Assembly (NCBI GenBank): GCA_043821645.1
Contig: JBDRCO010000134.1
Coordinates: 32,001-96,000 of the forward strand
Source: Pseudomonadota bacterium
GTDB taxonomy: Bacteria; Myxococcota; JACRCW01; JAFGSX01
DNA length: 64,000 bases
Direction of reading: 5' to 3'
Made by a program: the position numbers and the translations under genes. Each line of letters begins with the position of its first letter. Positions within the stretch are counted from its first letter, which is position 1. Under the pieces are notes generated by a model, which saw only the letters and a list, made by a program, of their open reading frames with translations, made no database searches and was not told where the DNA came from. This document shows positions 20,601 to 30,265 of this stretch, piece by piece.

Positions 20601-23600
20601 CGCCGACCATGCAGACCGCCGAGACGATCTTCGGCATCAGCGTTGGCGCGGTGAACGATCCCCCGCAGATCACTTTGAACACAGGAGCCAGCTTGGCCGA
20701 AGGTGCCGCCGTGTTCCTGACCGGTGCCATGCTCGACTCCACAGACCAGGAAGATGACCTGGCCGGGATTCCGCTGACCTACACCCTGCTCACGCTCCCG
20801 ACCCGGGGCACCCTGCGTGATGGGCAGCAGAACCTCATCGTCGGCTCGACTTTCGTGCAGACCAAGCTCGACAGCGGCAACGTCATTTCCTACGAGCACA
20901 ACGGCAGCGAGACCGTCAGCGACAGCTTCCAGGTCGTGGTCAAGGACAGCCAGGGGCTGTCGTCGGGCTCGGCGACCTTCGTCATCACCATTACCGCCGT
21001 CAACGATGTGCCCCGGGTGGTGGCCAACCTGGGTCTGACCCTGGGTGAAGGAGCGACGTCCACCATCACGTCCACAGCTCTGCGAGCGACGGACGACGAC
21101 AATAACGACGCGGATCTGATCTACACCGTGTCACAGATCCCCGCGTACGGCGCGCTGCAGCGCGACACGACGACGCTGGCGATCAACGGCACCTTCACCC
21201 AGGGTGATGTCGACACCGGAAAGGTCACCTACGTGCACAACGGCACGGAGAACTTCGCCGACGCCTTCCACTTCACGGTGCGCGATACTGCAACGCCCAC
21301 CTACGGGGAGACCGCCAGCCAGACCTTTGCCATCACCATCACGGCCATCAACGACGCTCCTGTGATGGTGGCGAATAACGGGCTGGTGCTCGACGAGGGG
21401 AGCCAGGCCATCATCACGGACGCGGACCTGGCCGCGAGCGACGTGGATAATCTACCCTCCACACTCGTGTATGTCGTTTTACAGGCCCCACTCAACGGCA
21501 CGCTGCGCAATGGCAACACGGCTTTGACCACCAACAGCACCTTCACCCAGGGCCACATCAATGCAGGCAACATCAACTACCTGCACAGTGGCAGCGAGAC
21601 CTTGATCGACACCTTCCTGTTCGTGGTGCGCGATGCGGGCGGAGCCTCGGCTCCCAGTGGGACCTTCAACATCACGATCATGGCCGTGGACGATCCTCCC
21701 GTGATCGTGCGCAGCCTCGGCCTCACCCTGGCCGAGGGCGCGCTCGCAGCCGTACTCAACACAAGCCTGCAAACCACGGATGCGGACAACACACCCACGG
21801 AGCTGAGCTACCGACTCACGGCAGTTCCCCTCAACGGCAGCCTGACAAGCAACGCGGCGCCTCTGGTGATCAATGACAGCTTCACCCAGCAGGAGGTGGA
21901 TGACGGCGTGGTCGCCTACCAGCACGACGGTGGTGAGACCCTGTCGGACAGTTTCCGCTACCGCGTGACCGACGGCTTCAACACCAGCACCGAGCGCAGC
22001 TACGCCTTCACCGTGACCGCGGTCAACGACACGCCTGACATCGGTATCAACTCGGGGCTCACTGTGTCCCAGGGCGGCACGGCACCCATCACCAACACCC
22101 TGCTGGCCGCGACAGACCAGGACAATATCGACTCGAGTTTACAGTATCGCCTGATCACGGCGCCGGTGAATGGCACGCTGCGGGTTGGTAGCACGGCGCT
22201 GGCGGTCAACGGCACCTTCCTGCAGAGCGATATCGATGCGGGCAATCTGACCTACGAGAACACCAACATCGTCGCGACCACCGACACCTTCCGCATCTCG
22301 GTGACGGATGGCACGGCCACCTCACCGGCCGTCAACTTCAATATCGTACTTTCGGACACGAACTTCCCGCCCTCGGTGGTCAACAACAACCCGGCGACCG
22401 TGCTCGAGGGAGGCACCCTGGTTGTGGGACCGAGCCTGCTGAGCCACACCGACGTGGACAACGACGACGCAACCCTGGTGTACACGGTCACCGTGGCGCC
22501 CGTGAACGGTATCCTGTACCGCAACGTGACACCGCTCGGCATGAACGATGTGTTCACGCAGGATCAGGTCAACCGCGGGCGCGTGACCTACGTGCACAGC
22601 GGCAGCGAGACCACCGCGGACTCCTTCACCTTCACGGTCGAGGACAACTCGGGTGTGCCCATCGCACCGGCCGACTTCATCATCAGCGTCACACCGGTCA
22701 ACGACCTGCCGGTGCAGGTCAACAACAACCTGCTGACCCTCGACGAGGGAGCCACGGCCACCATCACCACGGCGCTTCTCTCCTACAGTGACGTCGAGCA
22801 GGCCGCGTCCAGTCTGACCTACCGGCTGCTCCTGGCGCCTTCCAACGGGACCCTGTTGCTCGGCTCGACACCCATCCTGACCAACGGGACCTTCACCCAG
22901 GCCCAGATCAACCAGAACGCGCTGCGCTACATGCACTCAGGCAGCGAGACCTCGGACGACAGCTTCAGCTTCGTGGTCACGGACGGTTTCGATACCACCA
23001 GCGACGAGCTGTTCCTGATCGTGGTCAACCCGGTCAACGACGCGCCCGTGATCACACGACACACCGTCACCTTCGTGACCGAGGGGCTCACGGAGATCGT
23101 AGACAACTCGACCCTGCGGGCCACCGATGCCGACGACGACGATGCCCTGCTGCGCTTCACGCTGACGGTGCCGCCCAGTCACGGCCAGTTGCTCCTGACC
23201 GGGGCACCGCTGGCTGTCAACGACACCTTCACGCAGGGCGACGTCAATGCCCTCAGCCTCGTCATCACCAATGATGGTGGGGAAGCCTCGTCCGACAGCT
23301 TCTCGGTGGTGGTGCGCGATCCGAGCAATGCGGTGTACCCGAGCTCGGGCAGCCAGGTGATGTCCGTCACCATCCGCGCCGTCAACGATCCACCCGTCGT
23401 GGTCGCCAACACCGGAGCCACCGTCGTCGCCGGGCAGAACGTCACCATCACGAGCAGCATGCTACGCGCCACGGATGCCGACGACAGCAATGCCAGCCTG
23501 ATCTACACCATCACCCAGGTGCCTCAGCACGGCAGACTGCGCAACAACATCACCAATGTGCAGGCGGGGTCGCGCGTGCTGCAAAGCGAGATCGATGCCA

Positions 23601-25111
23601 ACAGGCTCGTGTACATCCACGGCGGTGACGAGGCGATTGCGGACAGCTTCGGGTTCAGGGTCAAGGACCCCAACAACAGCGAACTCGCCGAGATGTTCTT
23701 CGACATCACCATCAATGCAGTCAACGATCCTCCGCGGGTGGTGCAGAACACAGGGCGCACCATCGAGGAGGGAGCGCCCTTCACCCTCAACGCCACCCTG
23801 CTGAGCGCGACGGATCCCGACAACGACGACACGGCGCTCGTGTTCACGCTGCAGGTCCCGCCGACCCACGGCAGCCTGCTGCTCGTCAGCACCGCGGTGG
23901 CCACCAACGGAACCTTCACCCAGGGCGACATCGACGCTGGCCGGATGAGCTACCAGCACGATGGCAGTGAATCGAGTTCCGACAGCTTCACCTTCGTGGT
24001 CTCGGACCCGCTGGGGGCCAGCTCGGCCTCGACGGTCTTCGCCATCGTGGTCAACCCGGTCAATGACATGCCCACCATCATCAACAACGGTCTGACCGTG
24101 AACGAGGGCGCGCGCATGGTGATACCCACCACCGCGCTCAGTGCCCAGGATGTGGACAGCGACGTGCCTTCTCTTGTCTACACCCTGGTGTCCGCGCCTA
24201 TCCATGGCACGCTGTTCGCCGGACTTGCGCCGGTGACACCGGGCAACACCTTCTCGCAGAACACCATTTCGACCAGCAACCTTGCCTACCTGAATGACGG
24301 AGCGGAGTTCGCCTCGGACAGCTTCGTGTTTCGGGTGCGCGACAGCGGCAATGCCGAGACGGTCAACACGACCTTCACCATCACCATCTTCCCGGTCAAC
24401 GACGCGCCGGTAGTGGGGACCATCCCGGACCAGACCGTCATGACCGGGGCCAGCTTCACGTCTTTTGATCTCGACGACTTCGTGACCGACGTGGATAACA
24501 CCGCATCGGAGCTGACCTGGTCGGTGAGCGGAAACAGCAACCTCAACGTCACCATCAGCGCGACCAATGTGGTCAACCTGGTCGAGGCCAGCACGGGATG
24601 GGTGGGGGCCGAGGTCCTGACCTTCACCGTCGACGATGGCACCGATACGGCCTCCGCCGCCGCGACCTTCACGATCACGGCGACGCCCAACCAGGCGCCC
24701 AATTTCGTGGATCCCACACCGGCCGGTGTACTCACCGTCGAGGTGGGTCAGGAGTTGGCGTTCACGGTGCTGGCCGAGGACCCGGACGGTGACACGCTGA
24801 CCTACGGTGCCCAGGTGCTGCCCATCGGCGCGACCTTCAGCACCACGAGCGGTGCCTTCCAGTGGTTCCCCCTGACCCAGCACATCGGATCCTGGCCGGT
24901 GACCCTGACCGCGCAGGATCTCGACCACACCGCGTCCCGGGCCATCGTGATCGACGTCGTCGCGGCGCCGGTGGCCGATGCCGGCGTGGTCGACGCCGGG
25001 CCACCCGTCGAGGAAGGTTGCGGCTGCAGCGCCCCGGCCCGCGGTGGGCGAGGCGTGCTTGCTGTCCTGGTGGTCCTGGGTCTTGTGCTGCGCCGTCGCC
25101 GACAGAGCTGA
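17693..25111 (+). CDS. Giant surface adhesin: Ig-like (Big_5) + FG-GAP/VCBS propeller + 15 CSPG/cadherin-like repeats + Ig-like + MYXO-CTERM
   Basis: Signal peptide and repeated GDLDxDGDLD units. Fifteen ~115-aa repeats carry FTQ.DI....V.Y.H.GSET..DSF.F.V.D ... VND. C-terminus EEGCGCS-hydrophobic-RRRR. Confidence 0.9.
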   Translation: MSFGSSVVRAWVRKVHLMMPLWAVLGMALASQARAQVTLIQNISPQPNELAVSPSAEVQVTYNNNIDFGTVNAATVSLYGRYSGRLAASYGGTGPTIIVTPNLSFFPGSRISVTITDGIKNIGGDPGRPFAWSFTTDVLGGNSLYDSGQTLSNQLSYAVALGDLDADGDLDAFVAHSGTDHAVYLNNGSGVLTDSGWVLANTGLATGVALGDMDGDGLVDAVVSVSGAANQLWFGSGSGFSLSSFGSTEKSTDVALADLDNDGDLDAFVTNDEPLLYGDRVWVNDGAGVLSQQTYDPAPLGGPTYAIELGSGNANYCSDPPGALRSVTTPYNRSDAVALGDINGDGWIDAVVADLGRTATVWLNYSGKMFGDCPSPQNPFTASFPSSQGQGVALGDIDGDGDLDLFIARGGLTSRANMLWLNNGSGTFTNTLQNLGSKDSYDVELADIDADGDLDAVVANSDFTATNSSNDVWINNGSGNFGLTPLQTMIGAGKNYEQTYGLDLGDLDNDGDLDAVFANIGVFPFNTDGVWLNNTSPVVSVNTGASVDEGSTVTISTARLAFTDVDDVDTALTYTMTVIPVNGTLERSAVNLGVGSQFTQADINSNVVVYRHNGSETTGDLFKFRVADPRGAQTTENTFNVTVIAVNDVPQVGVNQGLTVAEGGTATITNTMLRATDADHPDPAVLTFTVTGPPPLGAVLRQGSPTTTFTQDDINNNRVSYRHDGGEAASDAFTFTVRDNGTPPGVTAPQVFNVTVTPVNDPPTVAVNNGATVLENATVIITSAMLQAADPDNTANELSFVVQQVPVNGDLFNGSDKLSQSGTFTQADVNTNKITYVHSGSETLTDSFRFTIRDFGGQTAPAETFAIVVTPVNDAPVVTVNSGLSVAEGGTATIGQSRLLTTDVDIPAQTLTYTITQLPTNGTLRIGSTAILLNGTFTQAEINANSFNYQHNGSATSSDSFRFRVADNGTPTMQTAETIFGISVGAVNDPPQITLNTGASLAEGAAVFLTGAMLDSTDQEDDLAGIPLTYTLLTLPTRGTLRDGQQNLIVGSTFVQTKLDSGNVISYEHNGSETVSDSFQVVVKDSQGLSSGSATFVITITAVNDVPRVVANLGLTLGEGATSTITSTALRATDDDNNDADLIYTVSQIPAYGALQRDTTTLAINGTFTQGDVDTGKVTYVHNGTENFADAFHFTVRDTATPTYGETASQTFAITITAINDAPVMVANNGLVLDEGSQAIITDADLAASDVDNLPSTLVYVVLQAPLNGTLRNGNTALTTNSTFTQGHINAGNINYLHSGSETLIDTFLFVVRDAGGASAPSGTFNITIMAVDDPPVIVRSLGLTLAEGALAAVLNTSLQTTDADNTPTELSYRLTAVPLNGSLTSNAAPLVINDSFTQQEVDDGVVAYQHDGGETLSDSFRYRVTDGFNTSTERSYAFTVTAVNDTPDIGINSGLTVSQGGTAPITNTLLAATDQDNIDSSLQYRLITAPVNGTLRVGSTALAVNGTFLQSDIDAGNLTYENTNIVATTDTFRISVTDGTATSPAVNFNIVLSDTNFPPSVVNNNPATVLEGGTLVVGPSLLSHTDVDNDDATLVYTVTVAPVNGILYRNVTPLGMNDVFTQDQVNRGRVTYVHSGSETTADSFTFTVEDNSGVPIAPADFIISVTPVNDLPVQVNNNLLTLDEGATATITTALLSYSDVEQAASSLTYRLLLAPSNGTLLLGSTPILTNGTFTQAQINQNALRYMHSGSETSDDSFSFVVTDGFDTTSDELFLIVVNPVNDAPVITRHTVTFVTEGLTEIVDNSTLRATDADDDDALLRFTLTVPPSHGQLLLTGAPLAVNDTFTQGDVNALSLVITNDGGEASSDSFSVVVRDPSNAVYPSSGSQVMSVTIRAVNDPPVVVANTGATVVAGQNVTITSSMLRATDADDSNASLIYTITQVPQHGRLRNNITNVQAGSRVLQSEIDANRLVYIHGGDEAIADSFGFRVKDPNNSELAEMFFDITINAVNDPPRVVQNTGRTIEEGAPFTLNATLLSATDPDNDDTALVFTLQVPPTHGSLLLVSTAVATNGTFTQGDIDAGRMSYQHDGSESSSDSFTFVVSDPLGASSASTVFAIVVNPVNDMPTIINNGLTVNEGARMVIPTTALSAQDVDSDVPSLVYTLVSAPIHGTLFAGLAPVTPGNTFSQNTISTSNLAYLNDGAEFASDSFVFRVRDSGNAETVNTTFTITIFPVNDAPVVGTIPDQTVMTGASFTSFDLDDFVTDVDNTASELTWSVSGNSNLNVTISATNVVNLVEASTGWVGAEVLTFTVDDGTDTASAAATFTITATPNQAPNFVDPTPAGVLTVEVGQELAFTVLAEDPDGDTLTYGAQVLPIGATFSTTSGAFQWFPLTQHIGSWPVTLTAQDLDHTASRAIVIDVVAAPVADAGVVDAGPPVEEGCGCSAPARGGRGVLAVLVVLGLVLRRRRQS

Positions 25112-25214
25112 AGACCCGGCTTGCCCGGAGGAGGCGCGGGATCGCGGGATGCGGTCCCGTGTCCTCGTTCAGTCCAGCTTGATCAGGTCCAATGTGTCTT
25201 GAGCGACAACCTGC

Positions 25215-26360
25215 TCACGCAGCGTCGAGGGCTGCCAGCAAGCGCTCGATGTCCGCCTCGTTGTTGAACGCGTGTGGGCTGACGCGGATCGCCTGCCCCG
25301 CCCGGCGGGCGACAGCCACGCGGTGCTGGCGCAGGCTCAGCATCGCGGCTTCGACGCTCCCTGACGGTGCGAAGGTGACGATGGGACTGCGGTCGGCGCG
25401 CTGCGTGTCACTGAGCACCCTGCCGCCTCGTTTTTGCACGGCCAGGGCGATGCGGTCGCTGAGATGCAGGGCTGAGACGTGCAAGTTGGCGATGCCGAGT
25501 TCGAGCAAGAGCTCCACCGAGGCGGCTCCGGCCAGCGCTCCGAACAGCGGAGGCGAGCCAGGCTCGAAGCGGCGAGCATTGGGACGCGGCAGGCGGTCGA
25601 GATCGACGGCATCCTCGGGCTCGCCATAGGTGAAGGTGCCCTGGACCACTGGAGTGAGTTGCTCCGCACGGCCCGGTGCCAGGGCCAGCAGGCCGTGCCC
25701 CACGGGTCCGCACAGCCACTTGTGGGTTCCACCGCAGACCGCATCCACCCCCAGCGCGGCCAGGTCGAAGGGGATCACTCCCAGACCCTGTATGGCGTCG
25801 ACGACCAGCCAGGCGCCGTGACGGCGACAGGCCTCGGCCACCCGGTTGAGCTCGGTCATGGCCCCGGTTTGCCACTGCACCCAAGACACGGCCACCACCC
25901 GGGTACGCGGCCCCATGGCAGCAATCAACTGGCCCGTGTCGACGGTAAAGTCCGGTCCGGACGCCACCGTGACCACCCGCGCACCCGCGCGTCGGGCCGC
26001 CGCGTGCCAGGGGTAGGCGTTGGACGGGTACTCCTGGTCCCAGGTGACGATCTCGTCGTCCGCGCGCAGATCGAGACCCATGGCCACGTAGGAGATGGCT
26101 GCCGCGCAGGTGGGCACCATGGCGACGTCGTCAGGAGCGGCGCCGACCAGGCGCGCGAAGCTGGCCCGCGCGTGGGCATAGTCCTGCCGCCAGTGCTCGA
26201 TGGCGAAGCTGCCATGTCTGGCCAGTGCCGTGCACAGCCGCTCCCCGGTTCCCCGGGCTACCCGCAGCATGGGGGCGACCCCGGCGTTGTTGAGGTGCAC
26301 TTCGGTCGGGTCGAGGTCGAGGCCCGCGCGCAGCCGGGCGCTCACGTCAGCGAGGGACAT
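25215..26360 (-). CDS. Class V PLP-dependent aminotransferase / cysteine desulfurase-like protein
   Basis: HLNNAGVAP, VVDAIQGLG, GGTHKWLCGPVG (PLP lysine) and IRVSPHAFN motifs. Confidence 0.9.
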   Translation of the reverse strand: MSLADVSARLRAGLDLDPTEVHLNNAGVAPMLRVARGTGERLCTALARHGSFAIEHWRQDYAHARASFARLVGAAPDDVAMVPTCAAAISYVAMGLDLRADDEIVTWDQEYPSNAYPWHAAARRAGARVVTVASGPDFTVDTGQLIAAMGPRTRVVAVSWVQWQTGAMTELNRVAEACRRHGAWLVVDAIQGLGVIPFDLAALGVDAVCGGTHKWLCGPVGHGLLALAPGRAEQLTPVVQGTFTYGEPEDAVDLDRLPRPNARRFEPGSPPLFGALAGAASVELLLELGIANLHVSALHLSDRIALAVQKRGGRVLSDTQRADRSPIVTFAPSGSVEAAMLSLRQHRVAVARRAGQAIRVSPHAFNNEADIERLLAALDAA

Positions 26361-28083
26361 TGGCGCTCTCCTGAAGCTTCGGGATGGGCGCCGTGGCTTC
26401 GTCGGCCAGCAGGGCTCCGTCCGCGTTTTGAAAACGCCGCCTCACGGTGGCGGGCTGATCGCCATGCCGCAGCAGGGCGAAGCGCAGGCGGCCAGCCAGG
26501 GACAGCAGGGACAGGGCCGGGATCTGGACGCAGGCTAGGAGCGACATCGCCACCACGAGCCACGGGCGAGCCCTCCACAGTTCCGCCACGAAGGACCGCC
26601 AGCGTCGCTGGAAGCCGGATCCCCGGAACAGCAGGCCACTGGCCAGCGCCATGGGCAGCACCGATCTGACCATGCGCTCCAGGGCCCGCGCACGTCGACG
26701 CAGGGCCTCGTCATCGCTGTGCGCGAGGTCCCGCGCCCCCTGCCACAGGTTGTGACAGAGGCGGAAGGGCCAGGGGCCTCCCTCGTCGACGAGACGGCGA
26801 TAGGTGGAGCGCACCAGCCCGTCCACTTGCGCCATGTCGAAATGCTTGAACGCGAAGTTGCTGCGCGCGGCACCATCGTCCTGGTAGCGGTAGCCGTCGA
26901 TCAAGCGTCCCTCGCGGCGAATGCGCTGCCACAGCGGCGTGCCGGGCACCGGGTGCAGGGGCACGATCTGATAGAAGGTCGGGTTGAGCCCCACGAAGGC
27001 GTCGAGCTCGGCGCCGATGTTCTCGGGGGTGTGCCCGTCCCAGCCCACGACCATGGATCCGAGGGTGTTGATCCCGGCCCGGTGCAGCTTCTCGAACAGC
27101 TCCGCCACGTTTCCCTGGCGCTTGTCCAGGGACTCTCCGTCGAGGATCTCGCGCCGGAAGGACTCGACACCGACGAAGATGGTACCGACGCCACAGCGAA
27201 CCAGTTCGCTCACGCTGTACTGCGCGATCGAGCGCACCGAGGAGAAGATCGTGAGCAGCAGGGGACGCTGTGCCAGTTCCCGGTCCTGTTCCATGCACCG
27301 CATGAAGGTCAGAACCTGCTCTCTGTCGTCGAGAAAATTCTCGCTGTAGACGATGGCCGAGCGCGCTCGCGGGTGGCGCCCGGCTTGCTCGCGGATCACT
27401 TGGTACAGGCCCTCTCCGACGGCGATGGGGATCTTGCAGCGCGCGAAGTGGCTGGAGGTCGCGCAGAACACGCAGCCATTGCGACAGCCGAGCTCGCTGA
27501 CGAAGGCCAGCTGGTCATAGATCGAGACGCGGGACCGGAACACGCCGTTGGTGGTCGGCACCAGATCCTGCCGCAGAGGCGACTCGCCCCGCACGCCCCA
27601 GCGCCGGGCCAGGTAGTCCCGCAGGAAACTCAGGCCCTCGCCGCGGCAGATGTGATCGACCCTGCTGGCGATCTCCTGTTCGATGCCGAAGTGCTCGTCG
27701 AAGATCGCGGTGCCGTACCCGCCAAGAATGATCTCGAGGTGGGGATGTCGGGTGCGCAACCAGGTCACCATCTCGAGCACCTTGCCCGTCAGCACCACCG
27801 TGAAGCTGATGGCGACGACGTCGTAGGCCCCGCGGTCGATCTCGCGGGTAAAATCCTTCCAGGTGGGGTTTTCCAGCACCACGGCGTCGACGGGCAGGTT
27901 CTGCGCCAGGAAGTGCAGGGGATGCCAGCTGTGCAGCTGACGAAGCTGAAACAGGCCCTGATCGAGGGTGTTGCGATAGTAGAAGTAATCGATGTTGTCG
28001 TCGTCGACACTGGCCTTGGCATAGGGCAGATGGGGTGACACGAAGAGGAAGCGCGGCACCCGTGGCGCCGGAGGCGTGTTCAT
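26347..28083 (-). CDS. Radical SAM protein with N-terminal cobalamin-binding-like domain and hydrophobic C-terminus
   Basis: CxxxCxxC (GCRNGCVFC), YDVVAISF...IILGGYG, FVGVES and PVPGTPLW motifs. Start set at the ATGA overlap with the upstream gene. Confidence 0.85.
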   Translation of the reverse strand: MNTPPAPRVPRFLFVSPHLPYAKASVDDDNIDYFYYRNTLDQGLFQLRQLHSWHPLHFLAQNLPVDAVVLENPTWKDFTREIDRGAYDVVAISFTVVLTGKVLEMVTWLRTRHPHLEIILGGYGTAIFDEHFGIEQEIASRVDHICRGEGLSFLRDYLARRWGVRGESPLRQDLVPTTNGVFRSRVSIYDQLAFVSELGCRNGCVFCATSSHFARCKIPIAVGEGLYQVIREQAGRHPRARSAIVYSENFLDDREQVLTFMRCMEQDRELAQRPLLLTIFSSVRSIAQYSVSELVRCGVGTIFVGVESFRREILDGESLDKRQGNVAELFEKLHRAGINTLGSMVVGWDGHTPENIGAELDAFVGLNPTFYQIVPLHPVPGTPLWQRIRREGRLIDGYRYQDDGAARSNFAFKHFDMAQVDGLVRSTYRRLVDEGGPWPFRLCHNLWQGARDLAHSDDEALRRRARALERMVRSVLPMALASGLLFRGSGFQRRWRSFVAELWRARPWLVVAMSLLACVQIPALSLLSLAGRLRFALLRHGDQPATVRRRFQNADGALLADEATAPIPKLQESANVPR

Positions 28084-29363
28084 GTGCATGGCCTGCTCGC
28101 TTCCCCCACCCACAGCAGCATGAGATCACACAGGTTGGTCCCGGTGGGCCCGCTGACGATCTCGGCTCCCACCGAGGCGAGCAGGGGACCACTGTCGGCG
28201 TCGCGCAGCGCTTGCGCCACGGCGTCGTCGTCCACGTCGCGCAGCGTGCACTCGTCGAGCACGGCCCCCGCCACCAGGCCGCGACCATCCACTCCGTCGC
28301 TGCCTGCGGCGAGCATGCACCAGGGACGCTCGAGGTGGCGAAGCCTGGCGGCCACGGCCAGGGCCAGGTGGCGTGCACGCCCCCCATGCCCCGGATGGGT
28401 GGGCAGCTCCACGGTGAATTCACCCGCCTGCACGCGCAGAAGATTCGCGGGCGCGCGCTGCGCCCAGCCCACGAGATCCTCGACCAGGGCCTGGATCGAT
28501 CCGGTCACCAGCGTGGCCTCGGCCTCGACGTGCAGCGCGTGCTCCCGGGCGCGCCGGGCGGCGCGATCACGGAGCAACGCGGGAGTTGCCAGGGCCATCC
28601 AGTGCACGTGGTCCAGCCGCGAATCCCCGGGCCTCGGGTTCTCTTCGAAGGCACCCCGCAGGCCGTTGTGCAGGTGGGTGATCACCGGGCGGGGGACCTC
28701 CGCACCCAGATCCAGGGTCTCGATGGTCTCGACGGCGTCGCGGTAAGAGGTCGGGTCCCCGACCGCTGGCCCGGACCCGACGTCGTGCGGTCCGCCGCCG
28801 ACCACGTCGACAAGAGCCAGACAGAGCACCGGGCGCGGGCGCGCGGCGAGTGCCAGACGGCCACCCTGTATCTGCGACAGATGGCGTCGCACGGTGTTGA
28901 TCTGCGTGATGTCAGCCCCTCGCCTGGCCAGCAGCTGCTGCGTTGCGACCAGGTCCGGCAGGCTGAGGCCATCGACGGGATCACACCAGGCGGCACTGGC
29001 GCCCCCGGACAGCGCGATCAGCACGGGGGTATCATCAGGAGTTTGCGCCAGCACCCGGCGGGCATGGCGCGCAGCGGTGACACTGCCGGGGGTGGGCAGG
29101 GGATGGCCGACCTCGAGCACGACGCAGCCTGTCGGGGCCGGTGCCGTCGCCGACGGGGTGTACACGGCGCTTCCGTACACTACCTCGGCAACGAGGTTCA
29201 CCAGGCCTCGAGCCATGGGCAGGGCGGCCTTGCCCACCGCGAGCAGAAGTGGGGTACGGCCCTGGCAATGCGCGTGGACGGCCCCAAAATGGGGCGGCAG
29301 CAAGGAAGCGGGTTCGACGTCTGCCACGGCCTCGCGGTAGATGTGGCTGAGGATTCGCGGCAT
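28080..29363 (-). CDS. Glycerate kinase type 2 (DUF4147 + MOFRL)
   Basis: AVGKAA..MA, GHPLP, ALSGGASA, GADITQINTVRRHLSQIQGGRLA, GSDGVDG and GPTGTNLCD motifs. Confidence 0.9.
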   Translation of the reverse strand: MPRILSHIYREAVADVEPASLLPPHFGAVHAHCQGRTPLLLAVGKAALPMARGLVNLVAEVVYGSAVYTPSATAPAPTGCVVLEVGHPLPTPGSVTAARHARRVLAQTPDDTPVLIALSGGASAAWCDPVDGLSLPDLVATQQLLARRGADITQINTVRRHLSQIQGGRLALAARPRPVLCLALVDVVGGGPHDVGSGPAVGDPTSYRDAVETIETLDLGAEVPRPVITHLHNGLRGAFEENPRPGDSRLDHVHWMALATPALLRDRAARRAREHALHVEAEATLVTGSIQALVEDLVGWAQRAPANLLRVQAGEFTVELPTHPGHGGRARHLALAVAARLRHLERPWCMLAAGSDGVDGRGLVAGAVLDECTLRDVDDDAVAQALRDADSGPLLASVGAEIVSGPTGTNLCDLMLLWVGEASRPCT

Positions 29364-29481
29364 GCTGCCCATGAAGCGACGATACCTTGATATTTCGTCG
29401 AGGGAACGGTTAGCATCGCAGACGAAAGCCAGCACCATCCCGGACCACCCACCGGCGGGCCGGCAACGCGGAGGATGGAAG

Positions 29482-30078
29482 ATGCCGAGCGACAAGCGCC
29501 ACCGTCGGTCCACCTACGTGATCGACAGGCGGTTCCAGTTCAAGTACACGGCGATCATCGTCCTGATCGGAGCCGTGATCGCGCTGGTCAGCGCGTACTT
29601 CATCTACCAGGCCTGGAGGGAGAACACCGAACTGCTGGCCATCAGCCAGGTCATTGCGGGCGAGATCAATCGCCGCGAGAGCACCAAGGTGTTCTGGGCC
29701 GTGGGTATCTTCGTGGTGCTCGAGGTGGTGGGGCTCTTCTTGTGGGGCATCCTGGTGACCCACCGCATCGCCGGGCCGCTGTACATCATCGATCGCTACC
29801 TGGGTGCGCTCCGCTCCGGCATCTACCCGGACATGCGGCCGCTGCGCCGCCACGACGAACTGCAACAGTTCTTCGAGAGCTTCTCCTCGACCGTCGATGC
29901 TTTTCGCGAACGCGATCAGAAGGAACTCGAGATCGTCGAGCAGGTCTTGACCCAGCTGCCTGCCGGCGAGCTCAAGGAGGCGCTGCAGCAGGTGCGAGAT
30001 CGCAAGAAGGCCTCGCTGCATCAGGCCGACGATCCTGCGCCCGCGGCCACCGCTCCCGCCCCTTCCACCGCCAGCTGA
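29482..30078 (+). CDS. Two-TM membrane protein with HAMP-like domain
   Basis: RRSTYVIDRRFQFKY followed by two TM helices, then THRIAGPLY....LRRHDELQ. Start at MPSDKR. Confidence 0.75.
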   Translation: MPSDKRHRRSTYVIDRRFQFKYTAIIVLIGAVIALVSAYFIYQAWRENTELLAISQVIAGEINRRESTKVFWAVGIFVVLEVVGLFLWGILVTHRIAGPLYIIDRYLGALRSGIYPDMRPLRRHDELQQFFESFSSTVDAFRERDQKELEIVEQVLTQLPAGELKEALQQVRDRKKASLHQADDPAPAATAPAPSTAS

Positions 30079-30265
30079 CCCTCCGCATCCGGTCACCGCT
30101 TCCTCAACAGCCAGCGCAGACGCTGCTTGCGTCCACTTCTCCCGTCGCCACTGTGGCTCGCTGACACGCCTCTCGCGGCGGCACGACAGGTATCTTCGCC
30201 TGAGGCCGCGCCTCCCATCCCAGCAGGCACAGAGGTTGTCTACCGGCGATAGGTCGTGGGCTGGG

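Noticed and set aside
19290-24400. Recurrent DNA motifs (accttcacccag, gtcaacgac) as a CRISPR or non-coding repeat array
   Set aside because: They are in-frame codons of the protein repeats with ~350-nt spacing, and no cas genes are present.
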